Made by a program: the position numbers and the translations under genes
Shown: one piece after another, positions 1 to 10,220 of the stretch
Layout: every line of letters begins with the position of its first letter
Numbering within the stretch: position 1 is the stretch's first letter
NCBI GenBank assembly: GCA_041690355.1
Contig: JAWLHK010000016.1
Span: 62,001-97,097, forward strand
Direction of reading: 5' to 3'
DNA from: a bacterium
Lineage (GTDB): Bacteria > J088 > JAWLBW01
Length of the DNA stretch: 35,097 nucleotides
Notes under the pieces: model-generated
The model's database searches: none
What the model saw: the letters and a program-made list of their open reading frames with translations, nothing else
Told to the model about the DNA's origin: nothing

Positions 1-1009
1 CTCGAAGCTGCCGCGGCGGCGCTGCCGGCGAGCATCCGCATCGCGGCGGCCGAGCCGCGCCACGTACCGCTGGCCGAACGGGCGGTGAACCAGGGGGGCG
101 TGTTCCGCTTCTTCGTGCTGCCGTGGAACTTTGACGACGTGCGCGCTTCGTTTCACCAGGCGCGCGAACAGCTGCGCATGCAGGACGAGATACACCGTCT
201 GCACCACGTGACGCGCCTGCAGAACGAGGCGCTGCGGCAGTGGGCCGAGACGCTCGAAGCGCGCGTCGAGACCCGCACCCGCGAGCTGCGCGAATCCGAA
301 GAACGCCGCGCACAATCCGAAAAGCTGGCCGCCCTGGGCCAGCTGGCCGGCGGGGTGGCGCACGAAATCAACAATCCGCTCGGGTCAATCCTGCTCTTCG
401 CCCAGGCGGCCCGTCGCGAACTCGCCGACACGCACGCCGCGGCGCGCGACCTCGCAGAGATCGAGTCGGCGGCGCGCCGGGGAAAACGGATCGTCGAAGG
501 CCTGCTCTCGTTCTCACGCCGCGCCCGGCCCGAAGAACGCGAAGAAACCGACCTGGCTGCGTTCGTGCGAAGCCGCGAAACCCTGCTTCGCTCGGCCGCC
601 CCGCGCCTCGCGGTGCAGAGCGGGGGAGAGCTGTACGTGCGCCTTCATGTCCATCAATTCGAGCAGGTACTGCTGAACCTGCTCGCCAACGCCGACCAGG
701 CCATGCAGGGCGAAGGCACCGTGCGCCTCGCGCTGCGTGAAACGGGAGAGCAGATCGAAATCAGCGTCGAAGACGACGGCCCGGGCATCGCGCCGGAGCA
801 CCTCGCGCATGTCTTCGAACCCTTCTTCACGACACGCGCGCCGGGCAAGGGCACGGGCCTCGGTCTGGCCCTCGTCTACGGCATCGTGCGCGACCACGGC
901 GGCGAGATCACGGCAGAGAATCTTCCCGAGGGGGGCGCACGCTTCTGCATCCGCCTCCCCCGCTGCGCTTCGGCGCAATCGCACTCCTTGAACACCCAGG
1001 CAGAGATCC

Positions 1010-1020
<11 letters not shown>
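1..1020 (+). CDS. Sensor histidine kinase with N-terminal receiver-like domain (5' partial)
   Basis: Frame is open from base 1 ([19 protein letters not shown]...[15 protein letters not shown], resembling a receiver C-terminal half). It is followed by a coiled coil, H-box AHEINNPL, N-box [11 protein letters not shown]1 DDGPGI, F-box FEPFFTT and G2 GKGTGLGL. The stop overlaps the start of the next gene. Confidence 0.9.
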
Positions 1021-2530
<1,510 letters not shown>

Positions 2531-2535
2531 CCCGG

Positions 2536-2919
2536 TCAGGCGCGGGCGGTCAGAAAGCGCTGGATGGCGGCGGCCAGTTCCGGCGCGGGGTCAAGAAACT
2601 CGACCCCCATCCCCGGCTTGTTGCTGTGCTCGACAGCCGACTCGGTGTCGCGCACCCAGCGCACGCGGCCGCGCACTTCGAAAGAACCTTCTTCGCCCGG
2701 CAACGCAAGTTCGATGTCGAGCACTTCGCCTACGGTGAGAGGGGCATCGGTCTCGAGAAACAGGCCCCCTTCGCTCAGATCCTGCGTCGTGTAGCAGAAC
2801 GTGAAGTCGCCCCCGAGGGTCTCATCATCCAGCCACACGCGCATTTCGTTCTTGGTCAGGTTCTTCACCCAGACCTGCACGGGGATTCGCAGGGATCGAC
2901 GCTTCTGGTCCACGTTCAC
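2536..2919 (-). CDS. Stand-alone PilZ-domain protein (myxobacterial type)
   Basis: RRSLR (RxxxR), DLSEGG (DxSxxG), GRVRWVR and PGMGVEF. The GTG start overlaps the queD stop (GTGA). Confidence 0.9.
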   Translation of the reverse strand: MNVDQKRRSLRIPVQVWVKNLTKNEMRVWLDDETLGGDFTFCYTTQDLSEGGLFLETDAPLTVGEVLDIELALPGEEGSFEVRGRVRWVRDTESAVEHSNKPGMGVEFLDPAPELAAAIQRFLTARA

Positions 2920-3350
2920 ACCTCGTCCGTTTCGAGCGGAAAAGCATACAGCGAAGGATCGGTGACGACGGCGCAGCTGTTGTCGGTTTCCCAGACCATG
3001 GCGCGCGTGACGCGGACCCGTTCGTCGCGGATGCGTTGGTCGACCTCTTCGAAGATGTAGCGGCAGATGTTCTCGGCCGTCGGATTCAGATCGTCGAAGG
3101 GGCTGATCTCGTTGAGGTAGGTGTGATCGAAGCGATCGCAGACCTCGTTGAGCGCATCCTTGAGCACCTTGAAGTCAATGACCATGCCCACGCCATTGAG
3201 CTCGTAAGCCCCGACGTACAGGCGCACGCGCCAGTTGTGGCCGTGCAGATTCTCGCACGGGCCCTTGTAATCCCGCAGGCGGTGAGCGCCGGAAATGCGG
3301 GCTTCCTTGAAGACTTCGTACAGATATGGCTGGCGGCGAAGCTTGGTCAT
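2916..3350 (-). CDS. queD: 6-carboxy-5,6,7,8-tetrahydropterin synthase
   Basis: AHRL..YKGPCENLHGHNW, GMVIDF, DHTYLN and NPTAENI...VWET signatures. Confidence 0.93.
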   Translation of the reverse strand: MTKLRRQPYLYEVFKEARISGAHRLRDYKGPCENLHGHNWRVRLYVGAYELNGVGMVIDFKVLKDALNEVCDRFDHTYLNEISPFDDLNPTAENICRYIFEEVDQRIRDERVRVTRAMVWETDNSCAVVTDPSLYAFPLETDEV

Positions 3351-3407
3351 CGTAACCGTACATGCTACCAGTTTTTCACGTCACGCCGCCAGCAGACGCG
3401 TAAACGG

Positions 3408-4070
3408 TCAACGGGTGGCAATCAGCTTTTCGAGTTCGGCCAGCGACGCGTGCACGGCCGCGGCGCCGACCCGGCCGAAGGCGGCCGCGGGGGTGTGCCC
3501 CGTCGTCAGGGCGATGAACGGCATGCCGGCGGCCGCGGCCGCCAAGGCGTCGAGTTCGCTGTCGCCCACGTAAAGCGCCTCTTCCGGCCGCACGTCGATC
3601 CGCTCCAGGGCGTGCAGGAGCATGTCCGGGGCCGGCTTGGGGGCAATCCCCTCCCCTTCGCCGACGATCACGTCCAGCGGCCAGCCTTTGCGTTCGAGCA
3701 GTTCGCGCACGGCCTGGGCGCGCTTGTTCGACACGACCCCCGTGCGGATGCCCCGCGCATGCAGGCCGTCGAGCAGGCGGGCCGATTCGGGAAAGGGGGG
3801 CGAGATGTCGTGCATCGTGCGCTCGTAGATTGCGCGGTATCCGAGCACGGCCTCTTCGACGCGCTCGGCGGGGAGATAGCGCGCGAAGCAGTCGGCGAGC
3901 GGAATGCCGATGAGGGCGCGCACCTCTTCATCGCTCACGTCGGGGCGGCCGAGGTCATCGAGGACTTTCCGGAAAAGGGCCGAGATCCCGGGCAGGCTGT
4001 CGATGAGGGTGCCGTCCAGATCGAACAGGACGGCCTTCAGGGGCTGCGGTGGGACGAAGGGTGAATCCAT
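3408..4070 (-). CDS. HAD-family hydrolase, phosphoglycolate-phosphatase-like
   Basis: Motif I FDLDGTLIDS, motif II VVSNK, motif III KPAP and motif IV YVGDSELD. ATG at 4070 was preferred over the TTG at 4088. Confidence 0.88.
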   Translation of the reverse strand: MDSPFVPPQPLKAVLFDLDGTLIDSLPGISALFRKVLDDLGRPDVSDEEVRALIGIPLADCFARYLPAERVEEAVLGYRAIYERTMHDISPPFPESARLLDGLHARGIRTGVVSNKRAQAVRELLERKGWPLDVIVGEGEGIAPKPAPDMLLHALERIDVRPEEALYVGDSELDALAAAAAGMPFIALTTGHTPAAAFGRVGAAAVHASLAELEKLIATR

Positions 4071-4093
4071 GGTTCCGCATGGTAACAAAGGGC

Positions 4094-4153
4094 GTGACGA
4101 GTTACGAGTGACGAATTACGGGGAATTGACGATTTACAATTGACGATTGACGA
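4094..4153. repeat. Degenerate 7-bp tandem repeat in two blocks of four units
   Basis: GTGACGA GTTACGA GTGACGA ATTACGG, then GGAA, then TTGACGA TTTACAA TTGACGA TTGACGA, lying in a divergent intergenic region. Confidence 0.85.
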
Positions 4154-4360
4154 TTTGCCGGCAAGGACCTTCCGTCAAGCTTCTACCTTGTGCCGTTCGT
4201 CCGAGCCTTATCGACAGCGCCCGCCTCCAGAGCCGCAACTGTCGCCCGGGCGGTGCCCGTCACGCATGATGGCCGCATGCGGATTCGGAAGGGACTCCCG
4301 CCGGACACCCCTGTTCCCAGTTTTTCCGCATCATTTCATTCCACGCCAGCGGAGGCAGCC

Positions 4361-4831
4361 ATGGCTGAAGCGAATGCCACACCGTCCCTCGAAGAACGAC
4401 GCCGCCAGCGCCAGGAAACGCGCCAGCGCCAGACCTACCTGACCTTTCTCAATTCCGTCTCTGAAAGCGCGCGGCTGAGCGGCGACGAAGGGCGCGATCG
4501 GGCAGAGCGCGCAGCCTCTTCGGTACTCTGCGCGCTCGAGCAGCGCATCACCGTCGAGGAGTCTGACGACCTGAACGCTCAGCTGCCGCGCAAGCTCCAG
4601 GAGCTGCTCCACCGGTGCGAACGGCATGAAGGCTCGCGTCCCGAGCGCTTCGGCCTGCAGGAATTTCTTCAGATGGTCGCCGATGATCTCGAGACCAACG
4701 TCAACGAGGCCGAATCGCTGACGCGGGCCGTCTTCGAAGCCGTGCGTGTGCAGATCACCGAGGGCGAGGCCGACGACGTCGCCAGCCAGCTTCCCGCAGA
4801 CCTGCAGGCGCTCTGGCGCCGCCCCGCGTGA
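4361..4831 (+). CDS. DUF2267-like protein
   Basis: GGAGG SD before ATG 4361. Two similar helical halves (AERAASSVLCALEQRITVEESDDLNAQLP and AESLTRAVFEAVRVQITEGEADDVASQLP..L..LW), as in DUF2267. Confidence 0.75.
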   Translation: MAEANATPSLEERRRQRQETRQRQTYLTFLNSVSESARLSGDEGRDRAERAASSVLCALEQRITVEESDDLNAQLPRKLQELLHRCERHEGSRPERFGLQEFLQMVADDLETNVNEAESLTRAVFEAVRVQITEGEADDVASQLPADLQALWRRPA

Positions 4832-5592
4832 GCTACCGCATGGCGCGACTCGAGGGCAAACGGGCGATCATCACCGGCGGCGACAGCGGCATCGGGCGAG
4901 CCGTTGCCCTCGCCTACGCGCGCGAAGGGGCCGACGTATCGATCGTCTACCACACGGATCGCGACGGGGCCGAAGAGACCTGCAGGCTGGCAGGCGAAAC
5001 CGGCCGCCGGTGTCTCGCCCTGCAGGCCGACGTCGCCGATGAAGCGCAGGTGCGAAATCTCTACGAACGCACGGCGGCCGAGCTGGGGGGCGTCGACATT
5101 CTCGTCAACAACGCGGCCGTCGAGCAGCGCGGCAAGTGGGAGGAATTCGAGCTGGCCGATTTCGAACGCATTCTGCGCACGAACCTCGTCGGCTACTTTC
5201 TCATGGTTCGCGAGGGACTGCGCGGGAACTACCTGCGCGAAGGAGCCCGCATCATCAACACCGGCTCGATTCAGGGGCTCGAGGGGAGCGCCACCGACCC
5301 GGCCTATGCCACGACCAAAGGGGGCATTCACGCGATGACGAAGAGCCTGGCGAAGTACCTTGTCGATCGCGGCATCCTCGTCAACGCCGTCGCGCCGGGG
5401 CCGGTCGATACGCCGATGCTGCGCGACCAGACGCCGCAGGCCCTCGAGAATCAGGGGGGCGACAAGTATCCGCTCGGCGTTGCCCGGCCCGAACAGATAG
5501 CGCCGAGCTACGTTTTTCTGGCCTCGAACGATGCCAGCTACATGAGCGGTGAGGTGATCGCCCTCACCGGAGGAAAGGTAACCGCCTGGTAA
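4828..5592 (+). CDS. Short-chain dehydrogenase/reductase (YdaD/YhdF general-stress type)
   Basis: TGGDSGIGRA, ILVNNA, TGS, YATTK (YxxxK) and VNAVAPGPVDT. GTGA overlap with the upstream gene. Confidence 0.93.
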   Translation: MSYRMARLEGKRAIITGGDSGIGRAVALAYAREGADVSIVYHTDRDGAEETCRLAGETGRRCLALQADVADEAQVRNLYERTAAELGGVDILVNNAAVEQRGKWEEFELADFERILRTNLVGYFLMVREGLRGNYLREGARIINTGSIQGLEGSATDPAYATTKGGIHAMTKSLAKYLVDRGILVNAVAPGPVDTPMLRDQTPQALENQGGDKYPLGVARPEQIAPSYVFLASNDASYMSGEVIALTGGKVTAW

Positions 5593-5610
5593 GGAACGGA
5601 GAATGGAGTC

Positions 5611-5892
5611 ATGCCCGAGAAGAAAACCATCGAACGCGCACGCCACAAACAGGAGGCGGGAGACAGCCCCAGCACTGTAGCGGGCGAATTCGTGCGCGAA
5701 GAGATGGAGCACATCAAAGAGGGGAAACACGGCGCGAAGAATGCGCGGCAGGCCGTCGCCATCGGCCTGCAGAAGGCGCGGCGGGCCGGCGTCGACCTGC
5801 CCCCGCCCCGCAAGGGCAAGGCGAAGGAGACCACGCGGCGGAGCGCCGAACGGGCGTATCGCAAGGGGCAGGAAACGGGCCCGCTCAAGTAG
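5611..5892 (+). CDS. Small basic conserved protein (DUF6496-like, possible nucleic-acid binder)
   Basis: GGAG SD; motif PSTVAGEFVREEMEHIKEGKHGAKNARQAVAIGLQKARRAGVDLPPP; K/R-rich C-terminus. Confidence 0.7.
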   Translation: MPEKKTIERARHKQEAGDSPSTVAGEFVREEMEHIKEGKHGAKNARQAVAIGLQKARRAGVDLPPPRKGKAKETTRRSAERAYRKGQETGPLK

Positions 5893-5904
5893 AGAGGAAA
5901 GCAC

Positions 5905-6324
5905 ATGCGCGAGCAGTCAGCGAGCAGTGAACGGGATCGCGATCGGGATGAGCGGCTGAGCGAAAGCCCTCAGGTGTTCAGGGTCATCGACCAGATCGGG
6001 CGCCTGCGCACCGATTCGAGCTATCTCGAGACCGGCAAATCGTCCATCATTCTCGCCCGCAAGGGGCACCTCCGGGTCGTGCTGACGACCCTGGCTCAGG
6101 GGCGCGAGATGGAGCCGCACCATACCGGCGGCCCTTTCACGCTTCAGGTGGTCGAGGGGAGCATTCAGGTCGATTGGGGCGATTCAGAGTCGACACTCCT
6201 GCGCGAGCAGGATCTGCTGACCTTTCCGGGTCAGGTCGAACACTCGATTGTGGCGACCGAAGACACGGCGTTTCTCATCGTGCTCGATCAGCCGACCGAG
6301 CCGACGGTAGAAATTCCCCACTGA
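5905..6324 (+). CDS. Cupin-domain protein
   Basis: GAGGA SD; cupin motifs HHTGGPFTLQVVEG and LLTFPGQVEHSI. Confidence 0.85.
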   Translation: MREQSASSERDRDRDERLSESPQVFRVIDQIGRLRTDSSYLETGKSSIILARKGHLRVVLTTLAQGREMEPHHTGGPFTLQVVEGSIQVDWGDSESTLLREQDLLTFPGQVEHSIVATEDTAFLIVLDQPTEPTVEIPH

Positions 6325-6360
6325 CGCCCGCGAGGGTCCGAAAGCGGAGGCCGAGCGGAG

Positions 6361-9036
6361 TCAACGGGGAACGAACACCCAGCGCGACTTCGCGTTGGCC
6401 TCGACATCCTTGTCGTAAAACCGGTAGGGCACCCGCTGATTCGTAATCCAGCCACCGTACTGGTCGTCGTAGTGCGGGGAATTCCGATCAGCGACCTGTC
6501 CCCCCGGAATCTGCGACCAGCTTTCGACGGCCCCCTTCTTCATCTCGACGACCATGCGGATCTGCGAACCCGCGCCCTGCACGTAGTCGCCGTTGAAGTT
6601 GGCGACGTCGACGGTGTGCTGGGTTCCGTCGTTGGCCACCGGACCCAGCGGCTCCATGCTCTGCCCCGTCACCATGCCGACCAGGTCGGCAGACTGGGCC
6701 ACGTGGATTTTTCCCCACTGCCACTGCGACATGTCGGTCGTGTCGAAAACATCATCGAGCCGGGCGAGGGTTTCGTCGAGAGCGAGAAGAATGATATCCG
6801 CGGCCGTTTCGACCGGAACCGTGCGGACGTCGTCGAACCAGACTGCGTAGTCGGGATTCTCGAGCGCCTTGAGCATGAATTTGAGAATGGTCTGGCTCCC
6901 GGGACGCAGATGCGACGCATCGGCGGCTTCGTACTCGTCTTCGAGAATCTTCGGCGCCAGGATGCGCTGAAGCGTGAAGTAGATCGAGGTGCCGATCGCT
7001 TCGGTCTTCTCCTCGGCCGTCGGCTCGTCGGTTCGAAACTCGCTCTTCACCCCCGTCGGCGAACCGAACTTGTAGATCTTCAGATAATCGATCGCTTCCT
7101 GACGGCGCCCGGCCAGCGTCGACGCGGTCACGGCTTCGAGCGCGGCGAGAATGCGCGGAACGGCCCGCTCGGCCTCCATGCTGAACGTATCGTCCTGGAT
7201 GCGAATCATGTCTTCGAGGGTGAGCGGGTGATCGGCGCTGAACTCCTCGATGAGCCGGCTGATGCGCGCCACGCGGAAGCCCAGATCCTGCCAGTACCAG
7301 TAATACTGCGGATCGTTGAACGGATCGTTGTCGAGCGTCGTGCCCACGATGTCATTGTTGGCGGTGACGATGTAGCCCTTGGCGGGGTTCTTCGCCTGCA
7401 CGAGGTCTTCGTCTTCGAGCCAGCCATCCCACTCGAAACCGCCCGCGCCCGGCAGCGGTGCGTCGGGAAAGTGAACCACGCCGCCGGCCTTCTGCTCTTT
7501 CTGCAGCCACGGACGAACGGGCACGAGCGCGTGGCCGAAGTAGCCGATGTTGCCGTCGACGTCGGCGCCGACGAAACTCTGCGCGCCCACGTCGAACCAG
7601 GCGACGGCGCGGAAAAAGTCGTCCATACTCGCCGCCGAAAGCAGGCCGAAGAACGCGCGGAAGTCGGTGGTCTGCTCGGCTCCCGTCCAGCGCATGGTGA
7701 TCAGGTCGGCATCCTTGCCGGAGAGCGCTTCCTCACCGGAAACGACCGGTCCGTGGTGCGGCACGTAGGGCATGCGCACGACCTCTTCGCGGGCGTTCTC
7801 GCCGGTACCGAACACAAACGTCTGTTCCGACCAGGCCACGGGGACGGTCGAGCCGTTGAACTTGACGGCATCGGTTCCGCTCAGTTCCTCCCGATACAGA
7901 TCGGTCACGTCATAGCCGAGCGTGGTGACGCCCCACGCGACGTTCTCGTTGTGCCCGGCCAGCAGCCCGGGAATTCCCGGAAAGGTGACGCCAATGGTGT
8001 TCCAGTTGCCGCCGCCGAAGCGCGTCGTATTCACATGCGTGTGATAGAACAGGGGCGGGTTCAGCAGCGTCAGATGGGGATCGTTCGCCAGCATCGCGTT
8101 GCCGCCCGTGAGCGACGGGCCGACGACCCAGTTATTGCTTCCCGGAATGTCGCCCTTCAGGTACTCGCGTCCGCCGTAGCGCCACTCCTTGATCTGCCCG
8201 CGCAGATGCGTGCGGAACTGGCGGAGCTCTGCCGGCGTCGGTTCGTCGAAGCGCAGCAGGTCGGTCAGGCCCTTGAAGGGGGCTTCGGTCGTAAAGAAGT
8301 CGTCGACGCTGAGCGTGGGGTCGGCGGGCTCGAACAGCCAGGTCTTTTCGAAGAGTTCAGGGTCGAGTTCGTCGCGCAGCCGCGCCCCCTTCAGTTCGTC
8401 GCCGAGCGTTCCCGCCAGATTCCACTGCTGAAAACGGCCGATGGCGAAGGTATCGCCCGCGGTCCACTCCGGTACGTCGGCGAAGAAGACCTGCTGGCTC
8501 TTGAGAAACGGATTGCCGTCATACTCGGCGGGCGGCTTCACGCCGTTGCGCCCGGCCTTCGCGTCCGCAAGCCACGTATTGATGCCGTCGGTATAGCGCA
8601 GAATGAGCGCCTGCTCATCGGGCTCCAGGGCTGCGAGCTGCTCGTCGAAGATCATCGTGCCGCGGCCGGTCATCATGATCCGGCGCATCTCGAGGTCGGC
8701 TTCGAGCGTGCTCTCGGCGTCGAGGCGGCCGAACAGCTCCGAGACACGGCCGGTCGAAACGCGGCGCAGCAGGTCCATCTGGAAAAAGCGGTCGCGGGCC
8801 GAGACGTAGCCCTGCACGAAGGCGGCGTCGTGCTCATGGGTCGCGTAGATGTGCGGAACCCCCTGGTCGTCGACGAGGATTTCAACCCGATCCCGAAGCG
8901 CAGACGCGGTCACGGTCTGTTCGGCGGCGATGGACGGGAAGAAAGGCTCGTGGACCCCGGCGGTCTCTTTTGCGTTGCAGCCGGCGGCGGCGGTCACGAG
9001 AAGGGCGGCGGCGGATACCCTGGCGAGGCGGTTCAT
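6361..9036 (-). CDS. Penicillin-acylase-family Ntn hydrolase, lipoprotein
   Basis: Lipobox-like AAAGC; DDQGVPHIYA; QGYVSARDRFFQMDLLRR; beta-chain start GSNNWVV; LANDPHL; GHNENVAWGVT; TANN; PGGQ...SPHYDDQ. Confidence 0.93.
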   Translation of the reverse strand: MNRLARVSAAALLVTAAAGCNAKETAGVHEPFFPSIAAEQTVTASALRDRVEILVDDQGVPHIYATHEHDAAFVQGYVSARDRFFQMDLLRRVSTGRVSELFGRLDAESTLEADLEMRRIMMTGRGTMIFDEQLAALEPDEQALILRYTDGINTWLADAKAGRNGVKPPAEYDGNPFLKSQQVFFADVPEWTAGDTFAIGRFQQWNLAGTLGDELKGARLRDELDPELFEKTWLFEPADPTLSVDDFFTTEAPFKGLTDLLRFDEPTPAELRQFRTHLRGQIKEWRYGGREYLKGDIPGSNNWVVGPSLTGGNAMLANDPHLTLLNPPLFYHTHVNTTRFGGGNWNTIGVTFPGIPGLLAGHNENVAWGVTTLGYDVTDLYREELSGTDAVKFNGSTVPVAWSEQTFVFGTGENAREEVVRMPYVPHHGPVVSGEEALSGKDADLITMRWTGAEQTTDFRAFFGLLSAASMDDFFRAVAWFDVGAQSFVGADVDGNIGYFGHALVPVRPWLQKEQKAGGVVHFPDAPLPGAGGFEWDGWLEDEDLVQAKNPAKGYIVTANNDIVGTTLDNDPFNDPQYYWYWQDLGFRVARISRLIEEFSADHPLTLEDMIRIQDDTFSMEAERAVPRILAALEAVTASTLAGRRQEAIDYLKIYKFGSPTGVKSEFRTDEPTAEEKTEAIGTSIYFTLQRILAPKILEDEYEAADASHLRPGSQTILKFMLKALENPDYAVWFDDVRTVPVETAADIILLALDETLARLDDVFDTTDMSQWQWGKIHVAQSADLVGMVTGQSMEPLGPVANDGTQHTVDVANFNGDYVQGAGSQIRMVVEMKKGAVESWSQIPGGQVADRNSPHYDDQYGGWITNQRVPYRFYDKDVEANAKSRWVFVPR

Positions 9037-9070
9037 CGGCGTTTCTCCGGGTTGGCGCTAAAAGGCCAAT

Positions 9071-9079
9071 AGTATAGCA
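9071..9079 (-). promoter_or_regulatory. Putative extended -10 promoter element for the acylase gene
   Basis: Minus strand reads TGcTATACT about 35 bp upstream of ATG 9036. Confidence 0.5.
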
Positions 9080-9122
9080 CACATAGAAGGCGCTCGGGTA
9101 GCCGCTCGCCAAGACGTGCCCA

Positions 9123-9131
9123 TGCTAATCT
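9123..9131 (+). promoter_or_regulatory. Putative extended -10 element for the AI-2E pair
   Basis: TGcTAATCT upstream of 9145/9165. No convincing -35 element. Confidence 0.35.
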
Positions 9132-9164
9132 GGAGCGGAACCCCATGGCCGAAACCCGAAGCGC

Positions 9165-10220
9165 ATGAACTCCGCGTGGCAGGAGGACTGGGAATTTTTC
9201 CGCCGCTTCGCGATCCTGGCCGTCTACATCCTCGTCCTCTATCTTCTCTACGTCCTGCGCGGGGTGCTCCTGCTCGGATTCCTGGGCATCCTGCTCGGGC
9301 TTCTCTGGCACGCGCTCGCCCTGGGCCTCGTGCGGCTCACGCGCGGCCGGATTCGGCATGCGCCGGCCGTAGGGCTCGTCGTCGCCGCCAGCCTTCTGCT
9401 CGTCGCCGGCCTGCTTCGCTTTACCGCCGAACCGGTGCTGCACCAGTTCCACTCGTTCATGGCGGCACTCCCCGGTCTCTTGAGCGCCACCTCGCGGCGT
9501 CTGGCGCCGCTTCTCGAGGCGGTACCCGGTGGGCCGCGCTGGGAGCCGGCGCAGATCGACACGGCCGCCCTGGCCACCCGCATCGTTTCGTCGGGGCTCG
9601 CGATCGTGCGCAGCGGCGTCGTCGGGCTCGCCGAAGCGGGGGCCGCCGTCCTCATCGGGGTCTTTCTCGCCTGGACGCCCGAACGCTACCGCGACGCGCT
9701 GCTCGCCCTGCTGCCGCGGGAGCTGGCGCCAGGCGCCCGCCGCCTCATCGACGCCCTTACGCGCACGCTGCTGGCCTGGATGAAGGGCTCGGGCCTCGCC
9801 ATGCTCGCCGTCGGCCTCATGGTCACCTTGATTCTGCGCATCGCCGGCCTCGAGTATTATCTGCTCTTCGGCATCATGGCCGGCGTCTTCAACATCGTGC
9901 CGTACCTGGGCCCCGTTCTCGCCTTCATCGGCCCCTCGGTGATTGCCCTTTCGGTGTCGCCCGCGAAATTCGCCGCCATTCTGGTCGCCTACATCGTCGC
10001 CCAGAATCTCGAGAGCAACGTCATCGTGCCCTATTTCATGTCGCGCATGGCCTACATCCCGCCGGCCCTCACGATCTTCGGGCTCTACGCCATGGCCGAA
10101 CTCTTCGGCTTTCTGGGCATTCTGCTGGCCGTACCGATTCTCGCCTGCCTGCTTACCCTCATCCGCTTCGCCTACGCCACCTGGAACGGCGGCGAAGCCG
10201 ACACGGTCGACCCGCAGTGA
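9165..10220 (+). CDS. AI-2E family transporter (PerM/TqsA superfamily), copy 1
   Basis: Multiple hydrophobic segments; FNIVPYLGP and QNLESNVIVP...IPPALTI...FGFLGILLAVP signatures. Confidence 0.9.
   Translation: MNSAWQEDWEFFRRFAILAVYILVLYLLYVLRGVLLLGFLGILLGLLWHALALGLVRLTRGRIRHAPAVGLVVAASLLLVAGLLRFTAEPVLHQFHSFMAALPGLLSATSRRLAPLLEAVPGGPRWEPAQIDTAALATRIVSSGLAIVRSGVVGLAEAGAAVLIGVFLAWTPERYRDALLALLPRELAPGARRLIDALTRTLLAWMKGSGLAMLAVGLMVTLILRIAGLEYYLLFGIMAGVFNIVPYLGPVLAFIGPSVIALSVSPAKFAAILVAYIVAQNLESNVIVPYFMSRMAYIPPALTIFGLYAMAELFGFLGILLAVPILACLLTLIRFAYATWNGGEADTVDPQ

Noticed and set aside
3351-3407. Possible preQ1 riboswitch upstream of queD (short stem then AAAAAC on the minus strand)
   Set aside because: The loop lacks the conserved U/C residues and complementarity to the tail, and the tail overlaps a plausible TGG-TAGCAT -10 element. 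An Infernal search with the Rfam preQ1 models would settle it.
4225-4260. GCCGCAACTGT resembling part of a cobalamin riboswitch
   Set aside because: The other conserved elements (the GGGAA...GGTG core and the B12 box) are not seen in the right arrangement, and the downstream genes are unrelated to B12.
4190-4360. Extended N-terminus of the DUF2267-like ORF (GTG 4190)
   Set aside because: ATG 4361 has a strong GGAGG SD, and the extension looks non-coding.
6472-9072. 866-aa plus-strand ORF, and similar long ORFs at 11321-13324, 17032-19851, 21600-23714, 26366-28798, 3036-4064 and 4669-5904
   Set aside because: These are antisense shadows of well-supported genes, expected in high-GC DNA with strong codon bias, and show no recognisable motifs.
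9116-10216. N-terminal part of the 725-aa track ORF 9116..11293
   Set aside because: It is an Arg/Pro-rich off-frame overlay of AI-2E copy 1. The real second gene most likely starts at GTG 10217.
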